Shown here piece after piece: positions 28,332 to 44,255 of a stretch of DNA of 64,000 nucleotides (position 1 is its first letter; the number at the start of each line of letters is the position of its first letter). This DNA comes from the human T2T-CHM13v2.0 reference genome, Homo sapiens. The position numbers and the translations under genes were made by a program. The stretch lies in NCBI RefSeq assembly GCF_009914755.1, contig NC_060941.1; one strand, given 5' to 3'. The notes below the pieces were generated by a model. The model was not told the origin of the DNA. It searched no databases and saw only the letters and a list, made by a program, of their open reading frames with translations.

Positions 28332-28382
28332 TGTTTCAGGAAAGCTCTTTCTAACTGTGTGTTTCCTCTGCTCTCACACCAC

Positions 28383-29023
28383 TGACATAGGAGTTAAAAA
28401 GAAATTATTTAGGCAGATAGTGAAGGTAAGGAAGTCCTTGGTTACGTTTTCCTTTTAATGAAAAGCGTTACCCAAATCATTTTCTTTTCTAACAAAGAGC
28501 AGCCCGTAAAATCGAGCCGCAGACAGAGACAAGCAAGCTGCAAGCTTGCACGGCTGAATGCTGGCAGTTGTGCCAATAGGATAAGGCTACCTGGGACTAG
28601 GCATGTTCAAAATGGCGGCTCCATCTTCCCTTTTCCTTTCCAACTATGTGTAAAGTAGGGAGCAGACAACATGGCGCCAATCAAGTGGAAAGCCAACTTG
28701 CCTAATAAGAGGATGAGGGTGGGGCAGCCAGCTGCCCTTTGGGTTATAAAGGTCACACCTCGTCCAACCAATCTTTGGGCCCTGTGTAAATCAGACACCA
28801 CTTCCTCGAGCCTGACTAAACTCCAGTGCACTCTGCTGCAGGCCAGAAGTCTCATTCAGGTGCCCCTCTCTGTGGCAAGAGAGAGAGCTGTTCTCCTTTC
28901 CCTCTCTGTTGCCTATTAAACCTCTGCTCCTAAACTCACTTCTTGTGTGTGTAGGCATCCTCAATTCCCTTGGCGTGAGACAATGAACCTCGGGTATTTA
29001 CTCCAGACAATGACACTGCTTCA
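28383..29023 (+). mobile_element. ERV1 solo LTR, MER51A-like
   Basis: tgacataggagttaaaaagaaattatttaggcagatagtg...caaaatggcggctcc...gacactgcttca; perfect 4-bp TSD CCAC 28379-28382/29024-29027. Confidence 0.8.
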
Positions 29024-29341
29024 CCACCACAAAGATCATCAACACAGAAGATGACCTTTATGATCAAAGGTGTGGGGGATTTTCCCCTAACACCAAGCAG
29101 CAGACACCAGCTGGGTGTTCTCCAATTCAGCTCCAACACCATCTTCCTGAAGATAGCATTAGATCCCACAAGATGAGGGTACAGTCTCACAGGACCACTT
29201 TCCTCCTCTCACCCAGTCACAAGTCTGGGCCTCTGGAACTTCTGACTGACTGGCTTCACCGAGGTTCCCACAAGCCCTTCTTTGGGTTAATTTACCAGGG
29301 CGGCTCATAGAACTCAGGTTAACACATTTACAGGTTTATTA

Positions 29342-29895
<554 letters not shown>

Positions 29896-30374
29896 TCATT
29901 ACACAGGCATGATTCATTATATCACTGGCCACTGGTGATCAACTTGACCTTCAGACCCTCTCCCCTCTCTAGAGGTTGGGTGGTGGGTGGGGCTGAAAGT
30001 CCCAACCCTCTGATCCTGCCTTGGTCTTTCAGTTGACCAGCCCCATCCTGAACCTATCAGACCAAAGATACACAAAAGGCAGCACTTTGGAGATCCCAAG
30101 GCTTTTAGGAGTTGTATGCCAGGAAATGGGAATGAAGACCAAATATGCATTCCACAATATCACACAGACTAATACACTTCCTCCCCCGTGCCCCAACTTT
30201 ATATTTCCACAGTTCTACCAAACAGAAATTAAAAGGAACTAAGAATCCATAACATCATCAGCAGCAGCAGCATCATCATCATGACAAGTATGGGATATGT
30301 GAGGACCTCTGTAGGTTGGAAGAATAGGCTTTTTTGACTACAAATGACTAACAAAGTGACTTTTAAGGAAAAAA

Positions 30375-30985
30375 ATAGTTTTATTGTGAGAAATATATAC
30401 AACATCAAATGTATCATTTTAACCGGTTTTATATATAGTTCAGTGGCATTAAATATATTCGCAATGTGCAATCAGCACCACCATGCATCTCCAGACTTAT
30501 CAGCTCAAACGGCACCTCTACCCATTAAGCACTAACTCCCTATTCCCCACCCCCTCAGCCCCTGATAACCAACATTCTACTTCATGTCTCTATGAATTTG
30601 ACTACTCTAGGCACCTCATGTAGGTAGAATCATACAGTATTTGTTCTTTTGCCTCTGGCTTATTTAACTTAGCATAGTGTCATCAAGGTTCATTCATGGT
30701 GTAGCATGTGTCAGAATTTTATTCCTTTTTAAGGCTGAATGAAATTCCATTGTATGTATAAGCCGTATTTTGTTTATTTGTTCATTGTCAATAGACATTT
30801 GGGTTGATTTCAGCTTTGGGCTATTGTGAATAACACTGCTATAAACACGGATGTCCCAGTATCTATTTGACTCTCTGCCTTCAATTCTTTTGGGTGTATG
30901 TTTAGGAGCGAATTTCTGGATCATATGGTAATTCTATGTTTAATTTTTTTTTCTTTTTAGGAACCATCATACTGTCTTCCCAGCA
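30375..30985 (-). mobile_element. L1MB-like 3' fragment
   Basis: gttcagtggcattaaatatattc...tctctatgaatttgactactctagg...tggatcatatggtaattctatgtttaat. Confidence 0.85.
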
Positions 30986-31499
30986 ACAAACTGACTTTTA
31001 ACTGTACAACAGTAATTGCAAATCTGTGTGGTCCACTTTCACTGTGCCAGGTCCTTTGCTTAGGTGCCTTATATTGCTTTCAGTTCTCATAAGAGATTCA
31101 CAGATGAGTTGCAGGAGAGGGGCCCAAACTGATACATTAGTGAGTTGCAAAACCTGGACTTGAGTTAAGGTCTGCTTGACTCCATAGCCTGTGCCACACC
31201 TTATCAACCACGATGCTCTGTTACTGCCCAGGGTTATTGGAACAGGGTTGTCCAGAGATGAGAAATGCAGTCCACATGCCTATTGGTGACTTACTTTGTA
31301 AATAGTTTCATCTTATAAGCAGATGGCATGATGATATAGCATATCAAGACTTCAAGATATCAAGATCCAAGGACACCCTTGAAATCATGAAAGGCTCAAC
31401 ACAGGAAAATAGTTTACATGTATCTCATGTTTTCCTTGCAGGAAAGGAAATGATGAATTGTTCTTTACATAAGAGATTATTATAGTCCCTGTTCTGTGA

Positions 31500-31807
<308 letters not shown>

Positions 31808-31809
31808 AC

Positions 31810-32110
31810 TTTTTCTTCTTTAAAATTGACAAATTACAATTGTATATATTTATGGGGTACAATGTGAAGTTTTATTATATCTAAAATCAAGCTAATTAAC
31901 ATATCCATCACCTCGTTTATTGCTTTTTGTGGCGATAATATCTAAAATCTGCTCTTTTAGCAATGTTGACATGTACAATACATTATTACTAACTATGCTT
32001 ACCATGCTGAGCAATAGAGCACTAAAACTTCTTCCTCCTGTCTAACCACTAAAACTTTGTACCCTTTAACAGCATCTCCCCTTTCCCTCCTCTCTCATGC
32101 CTTCTCTAGT
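31810..32110 (-). mobile_element. L1MA-like 3' end
   Basis: attgtatatatttatggggtacaatgtg...atcaagctaattaacatatccatcacctc. Confidence 0.8.
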
Positions 32111-35100
32111 TGAAGGTCACCTCTGAACTTCTGAATCAGATGGTCAGTGTATGAGAAAACACAGATGAGAAACTGTTTCTTAGAATAACAGCAGATGAGC
32201 CAATGTGTTGATACATGTCATGGAGAGGTGGTAAAAAGGGGAGAAAAAGAAAACCAAGCAGCCTCACCAGGTAGCCACTGATGAGATTACCTATTCCTCC
32301 AAATGCATCCAAAGCAGACCCTCCAACAGGAACAATCAAGACAAATGGAGGTCTCCGTAAACCTCAGGAAGGCATTTTTCCACATTCTAAGTAAGAATTA
32401 TTGCATCAAATTATTGAGACTCAGACAATATGCCAAGAATAAACAGCCCAAAGAGGAAATCTCAGTGTATATGACTCACTGTTTTGAACAAAAATTAACA
32501 TCGGCTAGCCAGCGTTTCTCTTTGTATCACTTTTCCAGATCACCAAGAGGTTATATAATACTTCAAAGTAGCCAATAGAGATGGAATAAACCACCTAAAC
32601 TGTTTAGATGGCCAGTTTCTTTATCAACGGCTTCATTCAACTTAGTATTTCTCTGAAACATAAAATAAATGTTTTGCAAGTTTTGTAAGAGGCTAGTCCT
32701 ACTCTGGGAAATACAGACCTTCTCAGTTGTACTCTGAGGAGACCTTAGAATGGAGCTAGAGAGCATCTTTTCATATCAATCAACTTAAAATCAGCTGTAG
32801 CTGAGCATGATCAGAGTCTCAGAGAGAAAACAAGTTTTGCAAATGTCAAAAGAGCTTCTTCCTTAGAAGCTTTTACATACAATGGTCCATTGCACCAAAA
32901 TAAGTGATATATTAGCAGGTCTTCAGCAATGCAATGACAAATGTAAATAATATAAATTTCTCCACTGAGTTCTTTAAGTTCAACTTTTTCCTGAGAATTA
33001 CCAAATAATTATGCTAAAATTATTCAGCAAATTCAAGCCCACATGAAAAATAATGATCTGACTGATCTTTAAAAAGAGGGTTAATAAGTTTTAAACTAAG
33101 TCCTGCCTAGACCTAGACTTTACAATTCTTCATTTTTCAGGAGAGTCACATTTATGTTTTATTTCCATACTCTCACAATAAGATGTAAATGAGCAACATC
33201 ATCCCTTTTTTTTCTTATTGCAATCTAGGTGTAAGGATTTCAGAAATGTTGCTATTTGAGGTAGTTGATGAATCTGAGGGGATATAGTATCACAGTTTAT
33301 GGATAAGGATCACTGAGTGATCTAGCCACCACACATCCCTGGGGTTTACATCTTTATTATTATGTGCCCAATAATCTTCATAAATTTCAGTAGACTGTGA
33401 ATGTTTTAATCACATACTATGACTGTAGAACCCTGCACTGGTTGTGGCAAAAGTAAACGTGTGAAGGCACATATTGGAAGAACAGAGGATTTATAGGAGA
33501 GGATGAAGAGACTTGATAAGGAATGGTGAATGGCAGGAGAGCATAAGGGAATAGGATTCAGTGCTTGCAACACAAGCATTAATTAGCAACCCCTGAAAAA
33601 CCATTGAGTAAAATGAATCCTCAAATATAAAAACAAGAGCCAAAGTGATGGGAAAATAAATATACGTGTGTGTATTTTTGTACCTAGTAATCTACATTAC
33701 CATGTGTTACCGTGTGTATGCACACACATGTGTGAGTGTGTGTGTGTCATCATTCCAGGTAGACCCATTCAATGCAGATAACTGGAAGACAAAATTTCTA
33801 AGATGAAGTCAAAAAGTTAAGAGAACAGGAAAGAAGTCAGAGAAGAAAATGAAAGATTAGCTAGGTCATGGTTTGAGTTTGCTTAGTCAATTATGAATCC
33901 CCCTGACCTAGATTTCTTTTCCTAGACTATTGATTTAGCTTTGATTCCAAATGCTCTCTTGGTTGCCACTTGCTTTAGAAACAGAACCAAACAAAATGTC
34001 CATTGATTTTTCTCATGGTCAGTCCCTTCCTGAGGTCCTTGCAGCTAATCAGTTACTACCTCCTCCTCCTTATCTTATCGGGGCTCTCTAATTTCCTCCA
34101 TTAAGAGATGTCTGACTGGGTAGTTGCTGAAATCTTTCAGTCTGGGTACATAAGGAGATTAAACTGAGTCACTGAGTTCCCTTGATCTTCTCTGCTTTTC
34201 CTTGTTGAAGGCGTGTCTCTGTTTACTGTGAAAGATAAGGGGGTGCCGACAAATCAAGAATAGAACCTTAGAAGATGCAAAGGATTTAGAGATTCCTGTT
34301 GTGTATACAGTAGGTGACAAGAAAATTCCACATGGGAAACAATAAAGGGTTCTTCAACTATAGCTCATTATACCCAGCTTTGAAAAACCAGAGAGCTCTG
34401 ATGGTGTCTGAGGGTGTAACCAGACTCCAGCCCTTTTAAAGAGTAGTGATTACTTGAAGTGTTTCTGACAGCTAAATAAATATTTTCTAAATAAAAATAT
34501 ACATGCTTTAAATGGAATATCAGAACCATTTTTAGACATGAGGATTGCTACTCTGGGATTCCCCAGCTGCCAGGTTCTGTTTTCAGTAGAAGCTGCTATT
34601 TTACTGACTGTCACCCGCTGAAAGCTCCACTATGTCCAACTTAATGGCATCTTAGTTGAACTCCACGAGGTCTCAAGCTTCAAGAAGCACTGCAAATTTG
34701 AACAAGCACTATAGATTAGAAAGGTACATTTTAAAAGCTTTGTGAAAATGTGGGCATGATCCCAGATTTAGAGCCTGAGTAATGAGTAATAATTGGCGGC
34801 AGAGAGAGACAGAGGGAAGGGGCACGCAATCGAGTTCCAGACAAAGAGAGAAATCTTTATCCTGCAGTAACCAGTCATAATAATGGCAAGGACATGGGAA
34901 GGAAAGAAATCAATGTGGCAGCATTGAATTTTTTTTCACAAGACTGAAAAGAAAAAGAGACTAGGAAAAAAGTATGAGGAAGGAATTATAATCAAGGACA
35001 ACTAGAAAAATTTACTTATTTCTGGGTACTTAATGCCCAGAATGACTTGAGAGAGCATGTGTGTGTGTGTATACATACACACATATGCACATATTTTGAA

Positions 35101-37159
35101 TGTACTCATGAGTATATTAAAATAATATACACACTAGGTAAAACCTTCACATAGCATAAAAGTTGCTGATATCCTTTCACCATTTTACAGAAGAAATCAC
35201 TTACAGTTTCTTGTATATTTTTCCAGAAAATGTTTATACCTATACAAGTACAACATGTCAGTTATTCTCAAAAGGAGGCCATTTGGCCTACAGGAGACAC
35301 TGAAGCCCATATCCAAGGTAGAAAATAGAAATAAAGTAACTATTTGCATAAGTGACTTCCAAAATATCTGGAACAAGATGCTCTGTAATATACAAAGATG
35401 TGATCCATTTCAAGACAATTATCAGAAATGTTTGCAATCAAGAAGAACAGTAGCCATAGGTCAGATCTATTTTCACTTGTCAGAAGAGACTCGATGACTT
35501 CTAACAAATGCATAGTAGAATCAGAATGTCTCTCCTTTGAAAAATTCAGAAACAGGTAATCACAGGGTTTATAGACGGAAAGAGTATGATCACCACTAGA
35601 AGTTAACAAGGGCCCTAAAGAATAAATCATCGAAAGAAACTTCATTTCATACTTTAGTAAAATAAAAAGTACAGATCAGGTGAAATACATATAATTTTAT
35701 TCAACAAAATATTTGACAGTCAAATACCCTGTCAGATAAATATAATGATAGTGTAATTCTCAGAATATATGAAACTACAGATTTCACACCTTTTTCTAAG
35801 TGTGTTTTCATTTTTACTTTATCTTGAATATATTCTACTGTCAGATGCATAAGAAACTCCTAACATAAATTTAAATGTGAAAGGAAGGAAAATACTCCTA
35901 TTAAAAGGAAACTTCACACAATTCTTTGATAAGATAAACATTAAAAAACACAAAGAAACCTGTTAAGAATTTCACTGTAGTGGTTTTAAAAAAGGTATCA
36001 ATATCTTTCTTTTGGATCATTCATGTTCCTAGGCGGAAATATTTATTTAGAAGGACTTTTCTCATATTTTACCGATATCATCCTGAGAATCCAAGTTTAG
36101 AAAGTTTAAAAAGACCTCTTTTGGCATTTTAATGGACTGTATGTCCTCATCTGACAGGTGGCAATTAGGTCTGTCTTACCTGGTTACTCATGAGACCGAA
36201 CCTTGATACAAGGCTCATACCACTAAAACTGCTGTCACCAAGATTTTTTTTTTTTTGTCATGGAGAATTATACTAGTATTTTGCTATTGCAGTTCATTTG
36301 TGGATGAAAAATAATTGCAGTAATAATAGAAATGAGAGTCACCAAGAAGCATTGTATAGTTTTGAATAATCCCATTGACAGTCTAGATTTGATGTCATGG
36401 TTTAATGAGTGGTTGTTATTTTTTCCCCTGAGAAAATGAATAATGCCTCTTCTGTTAGAAATGACTTTTTTGCAACTGCTATTTACATAAAATCTAAAAG
36501 CATTCACGGATTTTTAATAAATCCAGAGACTTATAGCAATAAAATAGAAGGAAAGAGGGTGAGATAATTGAAAGTTAAAGGGGAGAATCTCCTTTTTGGA
36601 GAATTTAAGACATCCAGTTAGTTTCTTTTGATTATTCAGGTCATGGCCCATTCTTAAAATGAGTTCTATTTCTTATTAGAGCTTTCCATGACAAGTAGAC
36701 TTTAAGGCCAGATACAGTAAAGCTCCACAAATTTCCAGGGCTTTGCATTTGACATTTGTACAAACCAGAGGGTATTATTTTACCATTGCCTCCCTTGCTT
36801 AAATGCAAAGCTGTCCCCGTTTTCAGACCAAGTGTATGATGAGAAATGATGAGAACTTAAAACTCGGTGAAACCGAGTTATTTCATGAAATGCTTTCTCA
36901 TCTAACTACCGTGATGTAACTTCAGGAATTAAAAAAAAATTACTTCCAAACTATTAGAAAATAAGAAAAAAAAATGGAGGAACCGTAACTCCCATGCCAG
37001 GTTAAAATGTTACATATCCTATGTGCCTTCGTAGCAAGTAACTCGGGAAGGTTTAAAACAGCAATTAGCATTAACAATAAATTTTTTAGAAGCTTGTAAT
37101 TTTCAAGTATAATTCACCCATCCTGTTCCAAAATACAATTAATTCCAGAAATTGAGGTT

Positions 37160-37250
37160 CAGCAGGTCTCCCTTTTATCTTCAGATTTGCTTTGCAGTTT
37201 CTGTTACCCATGGTACAGTACAATAAGATTTTGAGTGAGCGAGAGAGAGT
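37160..37250 (+). mobile_element. MER44A-like (Tigger) fragment
   Basis: gcagtttctgttaccc...tacagtacaataagattttgag...gagagag. Confidence 0.5.
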
Positions 37251-37410
37251 ATGTATTATAGTGTGTTTTTGTTTGTTTGTTTTTTATGAAGCTATCTCAA
37301 ACTTCCGCTCTTCTCTTTCAGTTTATGGTAGGAAAAGATATAACTATTTTATTTTTTAATGTATTAACAATCGAAGGTTTCTTCCAAGAGAACAATGATT
37401 CAAGTTGTTC

Positions 37411-38095
37411 AATCTCATGGAAGTAGAGAATAGAATGATAGATACCAGAGGCTGGGAAGGGTGTGTGTGTGTGGAAGGGGGGATGAAGAGAGGTTGGTTA
37501 TTGGCTACAAACATACAGTTAGATAGGAGGTGTAAGTTCTAATGTTCCACAGCAGAGTAGGATGACTGTAGTTAGCAACGACGTTTTGTATGTTATAAAG
37601 TAGCTAAAGAGAGCGCTTGAAATGTTCCCAACACATAGAAATGATAAATAGGCCTGGTGCAGTGGTTTATGCCTGTAATCCCAGCACTTTGGGAGGCCCA
37701 GGCAAGTGGACTGTTTGAGTTTAGGAGTTGGAGACCAGCCTGGCCAACATGGTAAAATCCCATCTCTGCAAAAATTGCAAAAATTAGCTGGGCATAGTGG
37801 CACACTCCTGTAGTTCCAGCTACTCGGGAGGCTGAGGTGGGAAGATAGCTTGAGCCAGGAGGTGGAGGGTGCAGTGAGCCAAGGTCACACTGACAGAGTG
37901 AGACCCTGTCTCAAAAAAAAAAAGAAAAAAGGAAAGAAAATAAATACTTAAGGTGATGGATACCCCAAATACCCTGACTTGATCATAACACACTTTATGC
38001 ATGTATAACACACTCTATGCATAACACACTCTATGCAGGTACTTATATGTACCCTCATAGATATGTAAAATATTATATATTAATTTTTTAAAAAG
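37411..38095 (+). mobile_element. L1MA-like 3' end split by AluJ
   Basis: atctcatggaagtagagaatagaatg...ggtgatggataccccaaataccctgacttgatcat. Confidence 0.85.
37651..37934 (+). mobile_element. AluJ
   Basis: Dimeric Alu with small right-arm deletion. Confidence 0.9.
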
Positions 38096-40316
38096 CAAAA
38101 CTTTGTACATTTCTGCTCTTTTGGTCCAGGCACTATCCATTCTTTTAGAGGAGAAACCCTTATTCACATCTCCCCTACCCCCTAGATATTCTAGAGATCA
38201 TCATATGAAGCCAGGGCCAAACTTATGAACAGGCAGCCCAGATCTCTGTGACCTGGGGGGCACCCAGAAATGCTTAAGGGCTGCCTACCCATAGATTTCC
38301 TCCCATTGCTTGGTCCTGGAGTCATCAGATAATTTATTTTCTGATGGCTTTTTAGGTTTCTAAGCCCCATATTAAAATTCCAAAACCTCTATATGAATGC
38401 CTCCGGGAGTCAGAATGCTTTAAGCCATGATCACAAACACCTAAAGGGAAGTAGTTGAAAAATGAGAGCAAGATTAAAACCTGATGGGGTGAGGAATGAA
38501 ATGCCTGGGAAGGGGAAGGAGAGGCACCAAAAGAGGAGGGAGGGTGCCAAGACAAATCCCACCTCCCTGCCAAATGTCTCAATGGTACTAAGTGAAGTGA
38601 GCGGTGCTTCTGCTTACACCAAGCATTTCTGAAACCGATACTTTCCATGGGAATACAAAAAAAAAAAAATGATATTGCAGTATTCATGTATATTCATATA
38701 TACATTCATTGAAACATAATCAAAACCTTCCCATCTCAATTTGGAAATTGGTTCAGTTTTCTGCAGTTGCTAGTGGCATCCCAGACTTTATTTGAGATTG
38801 TTTTGCTGGTAAACTCCCTGGTGATAGAGCAGAGTTCTGTGATCATGTGGGTCAATTTTAGAACTCTTCCCATATTTTCTGATGCAACCAAGTGGAACAA
38901 TGTTGTGTCCCAGTAAACATGGAAATGGAGCAAGCAAAACATTACTGTCTACTTCTGAAAATGATAGACCTGATCGGAAGTCGGGTTTGAATCCAGGAGC
39001 CTGCTGTCAGTCTTCATTTCAAATTAGGTCTCTTAACATTATGTTTGCCTACAGATGAAAAAATTAGCAAGAAAACAGGAGCCAGCTATGCAAAACCCAG
39101 TATGTACTCAGTTGTACAGATTTTGGAGAGGACAGATGCCAAAACAGGCTGAAAACACATCTGATCTTTAGTCATTCCAGCTGCCCTTTCTAGGCAGGGA
39201 AGGCTGAATTTGATCTCCTGCTATGCAAATGTCTTCCTTTTCATGCTGATCTTTCTGGCTGGGTGGCAGAGAGGAAAGATCCATTTCTTGTTACTGAATC
39301 ACTCTCCAATATCTGACCTTGAGGAAGCCTTTAATATCTCTGGATACCTATTTCTTCACATATAAAATAAGATAATTATTTTAGGTAATGGCTAAACTCT
39401 TGTGAACATGTTACTCTAGGGAAATAAGGACTTCTGAACTTTAGACTCAGGAAAAGCATACAGATTTGCTTGGAGCCTTAATCACCTACAATAATTAAAT
39501 CATAGGTATCAAAAATCATAAGCTTAACCACTAATAGGAAGCAAATAAACAGTAGTGGACTGTCTCAGATAAATAATTTAGAGAAGGAATGATTTAGGGA
39601 CTGACAGAATATACCAGACATCAATATTTCCACTCTCGTTAAAAATTTTTAAAATGATCATTAACAAGTAATTTACAAAAACTAGACAGATTCCTGCAGG
39701 AGAAAACAATTTACGTCAACTTTGGAAATATTTTCAAAGTATTTTTATTTCATTATTAAATCCCATTTAATAATAAAGTATTAGATGAAAAGATTTTGAT
39801 GGGGTCGAATTAAACTAAATTTCGAAAATCCTGATAGGTGAAAAGATGCTACTTGCCTGTACCTATTGCTTGCTAAGTGAAGTTTGGAAAAGTTTTGAGT
39901 GGAGATAGGAAGTAAGCTTTCCAATGTCAGAGTTAGGGATTGACACCCATGAACTTGATTTTCTCAGCCAAACATGTTACTCAGTCTAGACCTGTGCTTA
40001 AGGTAGACTTTTTGAACTAAAACCCTCTTAGAAGAACACTCTGAGGCTTAAGTCAATATATGATGATTAAATGCCTTGGCATTTTTAAGTATTTCACTAA
40101 ACGTGGGAGATTAAGAAAAGCAGGCACCATAAATCTCCTCCTCCCTGGCCTACATATAGTCTAATAATAGAATTAAGAATTTGGAATATCTTAATTCTTT
40201 CAAATGGAGGAAGATGAACTCATGTCACCAGGTTACATCTTTCTTCAGACACTTTTACTTACTCAAATAAAGCAGTTTAAGGCTGCTCTAAGTAGAACTA
40301 GCTATTTCGCAAGTTA

Positions 40317-40680
<364 letters not shown>

Positions 40681-43104
40681 CTTTTTCCTGGAATAAATAT
40701 CTATAAGATAGAGGTGGAAAGCTTATTTTTGTCAAGTGTTCTCTTATTGTTAGTATTCTTTCAAAGCTAGCATGGTAAACAAGTGTTGGATTTTGTTGTG
40801 TACAAAGTTGGAGTCATTTCTTAGTGCTACACTAATTCGTTAAGAGGCTATTGGTCAATTTATTAATTTCCACAACTTCTTTTTGTTCTTATTTGGTGAA
40901 ATGCTCTCAATAAAACTTGAAAGCGGCGAGTATGATGAAAAACAACGGAAAACAAAGTCATTATGGTTTTTAGAAAAGTCTCCTTTGGTGGCAACATCAT
41001 CACCATTTGGAAGATTAAAACCCTGTAGCTATAACTTAAGCAGACAAAATTATCTGGGCCGGGACTAATTCTTCCATAAAGGGTTCACTGTGGTCTTCTT
41101 TGCTACAGGTATCTCATGCCTATCTAAAGCCGAGTGGGTGTGAGGGGAAAGGGGATGGTCCCGTATGTATAAGAACTCACCCCACCAGGGTGGTCAATTG
41201 TCAAGTTGCACCTTGTAAGTTACCTTCTCGTTTTTCAGTTACTCCAAACATAAGTCACTGTGCCCACTTCGGCATGAGTAGCCCTCCTTCCCACTTCCTG
41301 CATTAAAAACTGTCTTTACACCAAGGCACAAAAAATAGGACTTGTGTTCTGTGCCCACTCTTTGCCTAATATATGGCTAAAAACCTAGGTAAAAAATGAC
41401 TGATAATTGCAAAATACCAACAATTTTGTTTTGACAAGTCAAGGGTGAAACGTAGACCCTCATTTCCATCAGTGGAGACCAAAACAACCTGTAATTGAAG
41501 GAAAAATAGTTCAGGGGTGAACTATCATAAGGGGAAATGCAACAGACATGATAATTATGATGGCTTCAGGTTCAAATTAATGATTTGCCCTCATTACAGA
41601 TATTTATCAAGTTAAGATTTTAGTTGAAGTGGATAGCTACCTAACCAAACTTTCTTACACTTATCCTTCTATATTTTCATGAGGCGACTAATGCCAAACC
41701 TCTCTGGTCTGAACTATTTCTTCTAACACTCAAATATAGCCCTAGAGAGGCTGACTTTGGAGGCAACGTAAATAGCACTACAGTCTACCACAAAATAGAA
41801 TGTTTCTGCTACCAGTCTGGTCTTTTTCTGACCAATCTGATTTGTTCAGTGGGTATTCCAACTGGGATCTAAAAGGTGGAGAAAGGGGTGGGAGATGCTT
41901 TTTTCCCCCTAATTCCAGAAGACAGATTCATTTTCTGCTCCTGTGAAAAAGAGCTGAAGAAACAATGAACTGCCCTGGACAAATGTAATTGTCTTATGTA
42001 AACTTATTTTTATTTTCCAACTGTCATGCATTCGCTACAATACCTTGCTTTAGAAATTTCCTAGAGATCTGTTAAAGGACAGGACTGTACAGATTAAAAA
42101 ATAAATAAAAGAAAGAAAAGGAAAGGTAGGTTGGGGGGAGTCAATGTATGTTTCTTTATTTGTGATATATTACAAAATCACTTCTCAACTCGGTGCCAGG
42201 ACAATGCTTGGGGCAAAGGGAGAGTTTGTTAGGACAAGACTCTTCTGAGTGCTGGTATTCTTTTGTATGGTAGAGAAAGTTCCTTTAGTTTTAATGACGT
42301 TGACAAGAGGTGGGAGAAAGGCACTCATGATTTCCCACAAAGGTTTCATTGACAAAAGTTTATAATTTTTGTTCAAAAGCACTTCCTACCAAACAGCAAG
42401 ACTTTGAAGTTTATTCTTTGTTCAGTCATGCTTGTTATGGTTTCTTTAAGAAGACAGTGACCAAAAAACCCTACTACTTTTATAGCTAGTTCTCTGTACA
42501 TTAAAAAATAAAAAGAAAAGAAAAATTAAAAATACTTTTGCTTAAAGGACCACAAGACAAATATCAAATTCTCCCTCAAGGTTTTTTGTATTACACCTTT
42601 AATTGCTAAAACATAGTTAGGTAGTTCATATATTTCCCCACTGTATACTTAGTTTATTCCATTTTATGTGAGTGATTGTGTGTGTGGGTGTGTGCGTGTG
42701 TGTGTGTGCATGAGTGCTATTCAGCATGGAAAATTAGGGCACAGTTCCGTAACTGCTTTCATTTTCTAGATCTATATATTTCTGTGTTCTTCCAAGTTCA
42801 CACAATTTCACAAGAGGGCTTAAAATTACTCTTGCTGAGATTTTCAAACATATATATTTTTCTATCATTTTGCACATTGCAACAGCTTTCCAACTCAAAT
42901 CTAAGTTAAGCTCAATGAAGGCAGTAGTGTCATTTTAAATTACTGATTTCTGGAAAAGTTTTTCTTTCATTTTTTTCTTCCTTTTTTTTTTTTTTAACAT
43001 ATTGCTGGAAAGTATTTACCACGTGTCTAGGTCTGGTTACTTTTGTAGATATTTTGCTTTCTTTTTGCTGTTAAGTCATGGTGGTTTAACAATTGTTTGA
43101 GTTG

Positions 43105-43150
43105 TTCCACCCACCTGGCCCCCAGCTGTCCAGTGGTTCTATAAAACCAT
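43105..43150 (+). promoter_or_regulatory. candidate TATA-type core promoter with E-boxes
   Basis: CACCTG 43112-43117, CAGCTG 43123-43128, TATAAAA 43140-43146 in unique sequence; motif evidence only. Confidence 0.25.
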
Positions 43151-43404
43151 GTTGAAAGCTTACAGTGTGGAATACAAATACCAGTCGAGGAATCGAAAGT
43201 GTCAGGAAGTGTCCCACAGAAGAGATACAAACAATGCACAGATCCTCTTGTGGCTGAAGGTGGAAAGCTGTGCCTTTAGTAGAAACTTCATGAACAATTT
43301 TACTTCAGACCACAGACATTACAAAATCACGGCAGATTTCCGGTGGCTTGACATTCTGCTCTTTTAGCCAAGTATACAAGATATATTTTGCTTCTTATTA
43401 ACTT

Positions 43405-43833
43405 CTCTCTCTTTTCTTTCTTTCCTTTTCTTTTCCTTCTTTGTTTCTTTTCTTTCCTTTCTTTCTTTCTTTCTTTCTTTCTTTTTCTTTATTTCTCTTT
43501 CTCTCTCTCTCTCTCTTTCTCTCTTTCTTTTTGGGAGAGTCTCACTGTCACCCAGGCTGGAGTACAGTGGCACAATCTCGGCTCACTGCAATCTCTGCCT
43601 CTCGGGTTCAAGCAATTCTCATGCCTCAACTTACTGAGTAGCTGAAATAAGAGGTGCACGTCAACACACCTGGCTAATTTTTGTATTTTTGGTAAAGATG
43701 TTGGGGGGCAGTGTTTCGGGGGTGGTTTACACCATGTTGGCCAGGTTGGTCTCGAACCCCTGGCCTCAACTGATCTGCCTGTGTTGGGCTACCAAAGTGT
43801 TAGGATTACAGGCATGAGCTACCACACCCAGCC
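43405..43833 (-). mobile_element. Alu with CT-rich expanded tail
   Basis: Antisense dimeric Alu. Confidence 0.9.
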
Positions 43834-44223
43834 TAAACTTTTCTTTCATATTCATCTTTATACTGTCAACTACCTCCTTTTATTATTATCCACCAGCAGT
43901 GATTTTTCTGGCATAGATTCAAGGTGAACCATTGCCAAAAACATTTTTTGGCACAGGGTAACAATTAAAATTGATAATATACCAACATAGTGCAGAGAGA
44001 TTAGAATATTTCCCGGCACTGCTTTCCTGATTATTTCAGAGCAAGGCAACAAAGCTCTATGTGCTATTTCTTTGGAGTGGATGCTATCCAAAATTATTCC
44101 TTTGGATATAGTGTTCTGTCATCATCATTATCCTGGGTGTTGCAATATTCATATCCAAAATATTTTTTGTTAAAATAATTGTTTTTCTCACCTCATGCTT
44201 TTTCTTATTTCTTTTCTTTGCAG

Positions 44224-44255
44224 CTGTTTTTAAATTTTAAAATGCAGATTAAAAG
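44224..44255 (+). other. candidate 32-nt spliced micro-exon
   Basis: ctcac branch point 44187-44191, long pyrimidine tract, TTGCAG acceptor, AAG|GTAAGT donor. Confidence 0.4.

Noticed and set aside
30253-30282. CAT/CAG trinucleotide run
   Set aside because: Only four pure CAG units, not in a supported exon.
36861-36891. AACTCGGT-GAA-ACCGAGTT hairpin next to palindrome ATTTCATGAAAT
   Set aside because: An 8-bp stem is about chance expectation for this window length; no RNA-family context.
37985-38036. Three 16-bp repeats ataacacact(t/c)tatgc
   Set aside because: Local slippage in an L1MA 3'UTR; no spacers, not CRISPR-like.
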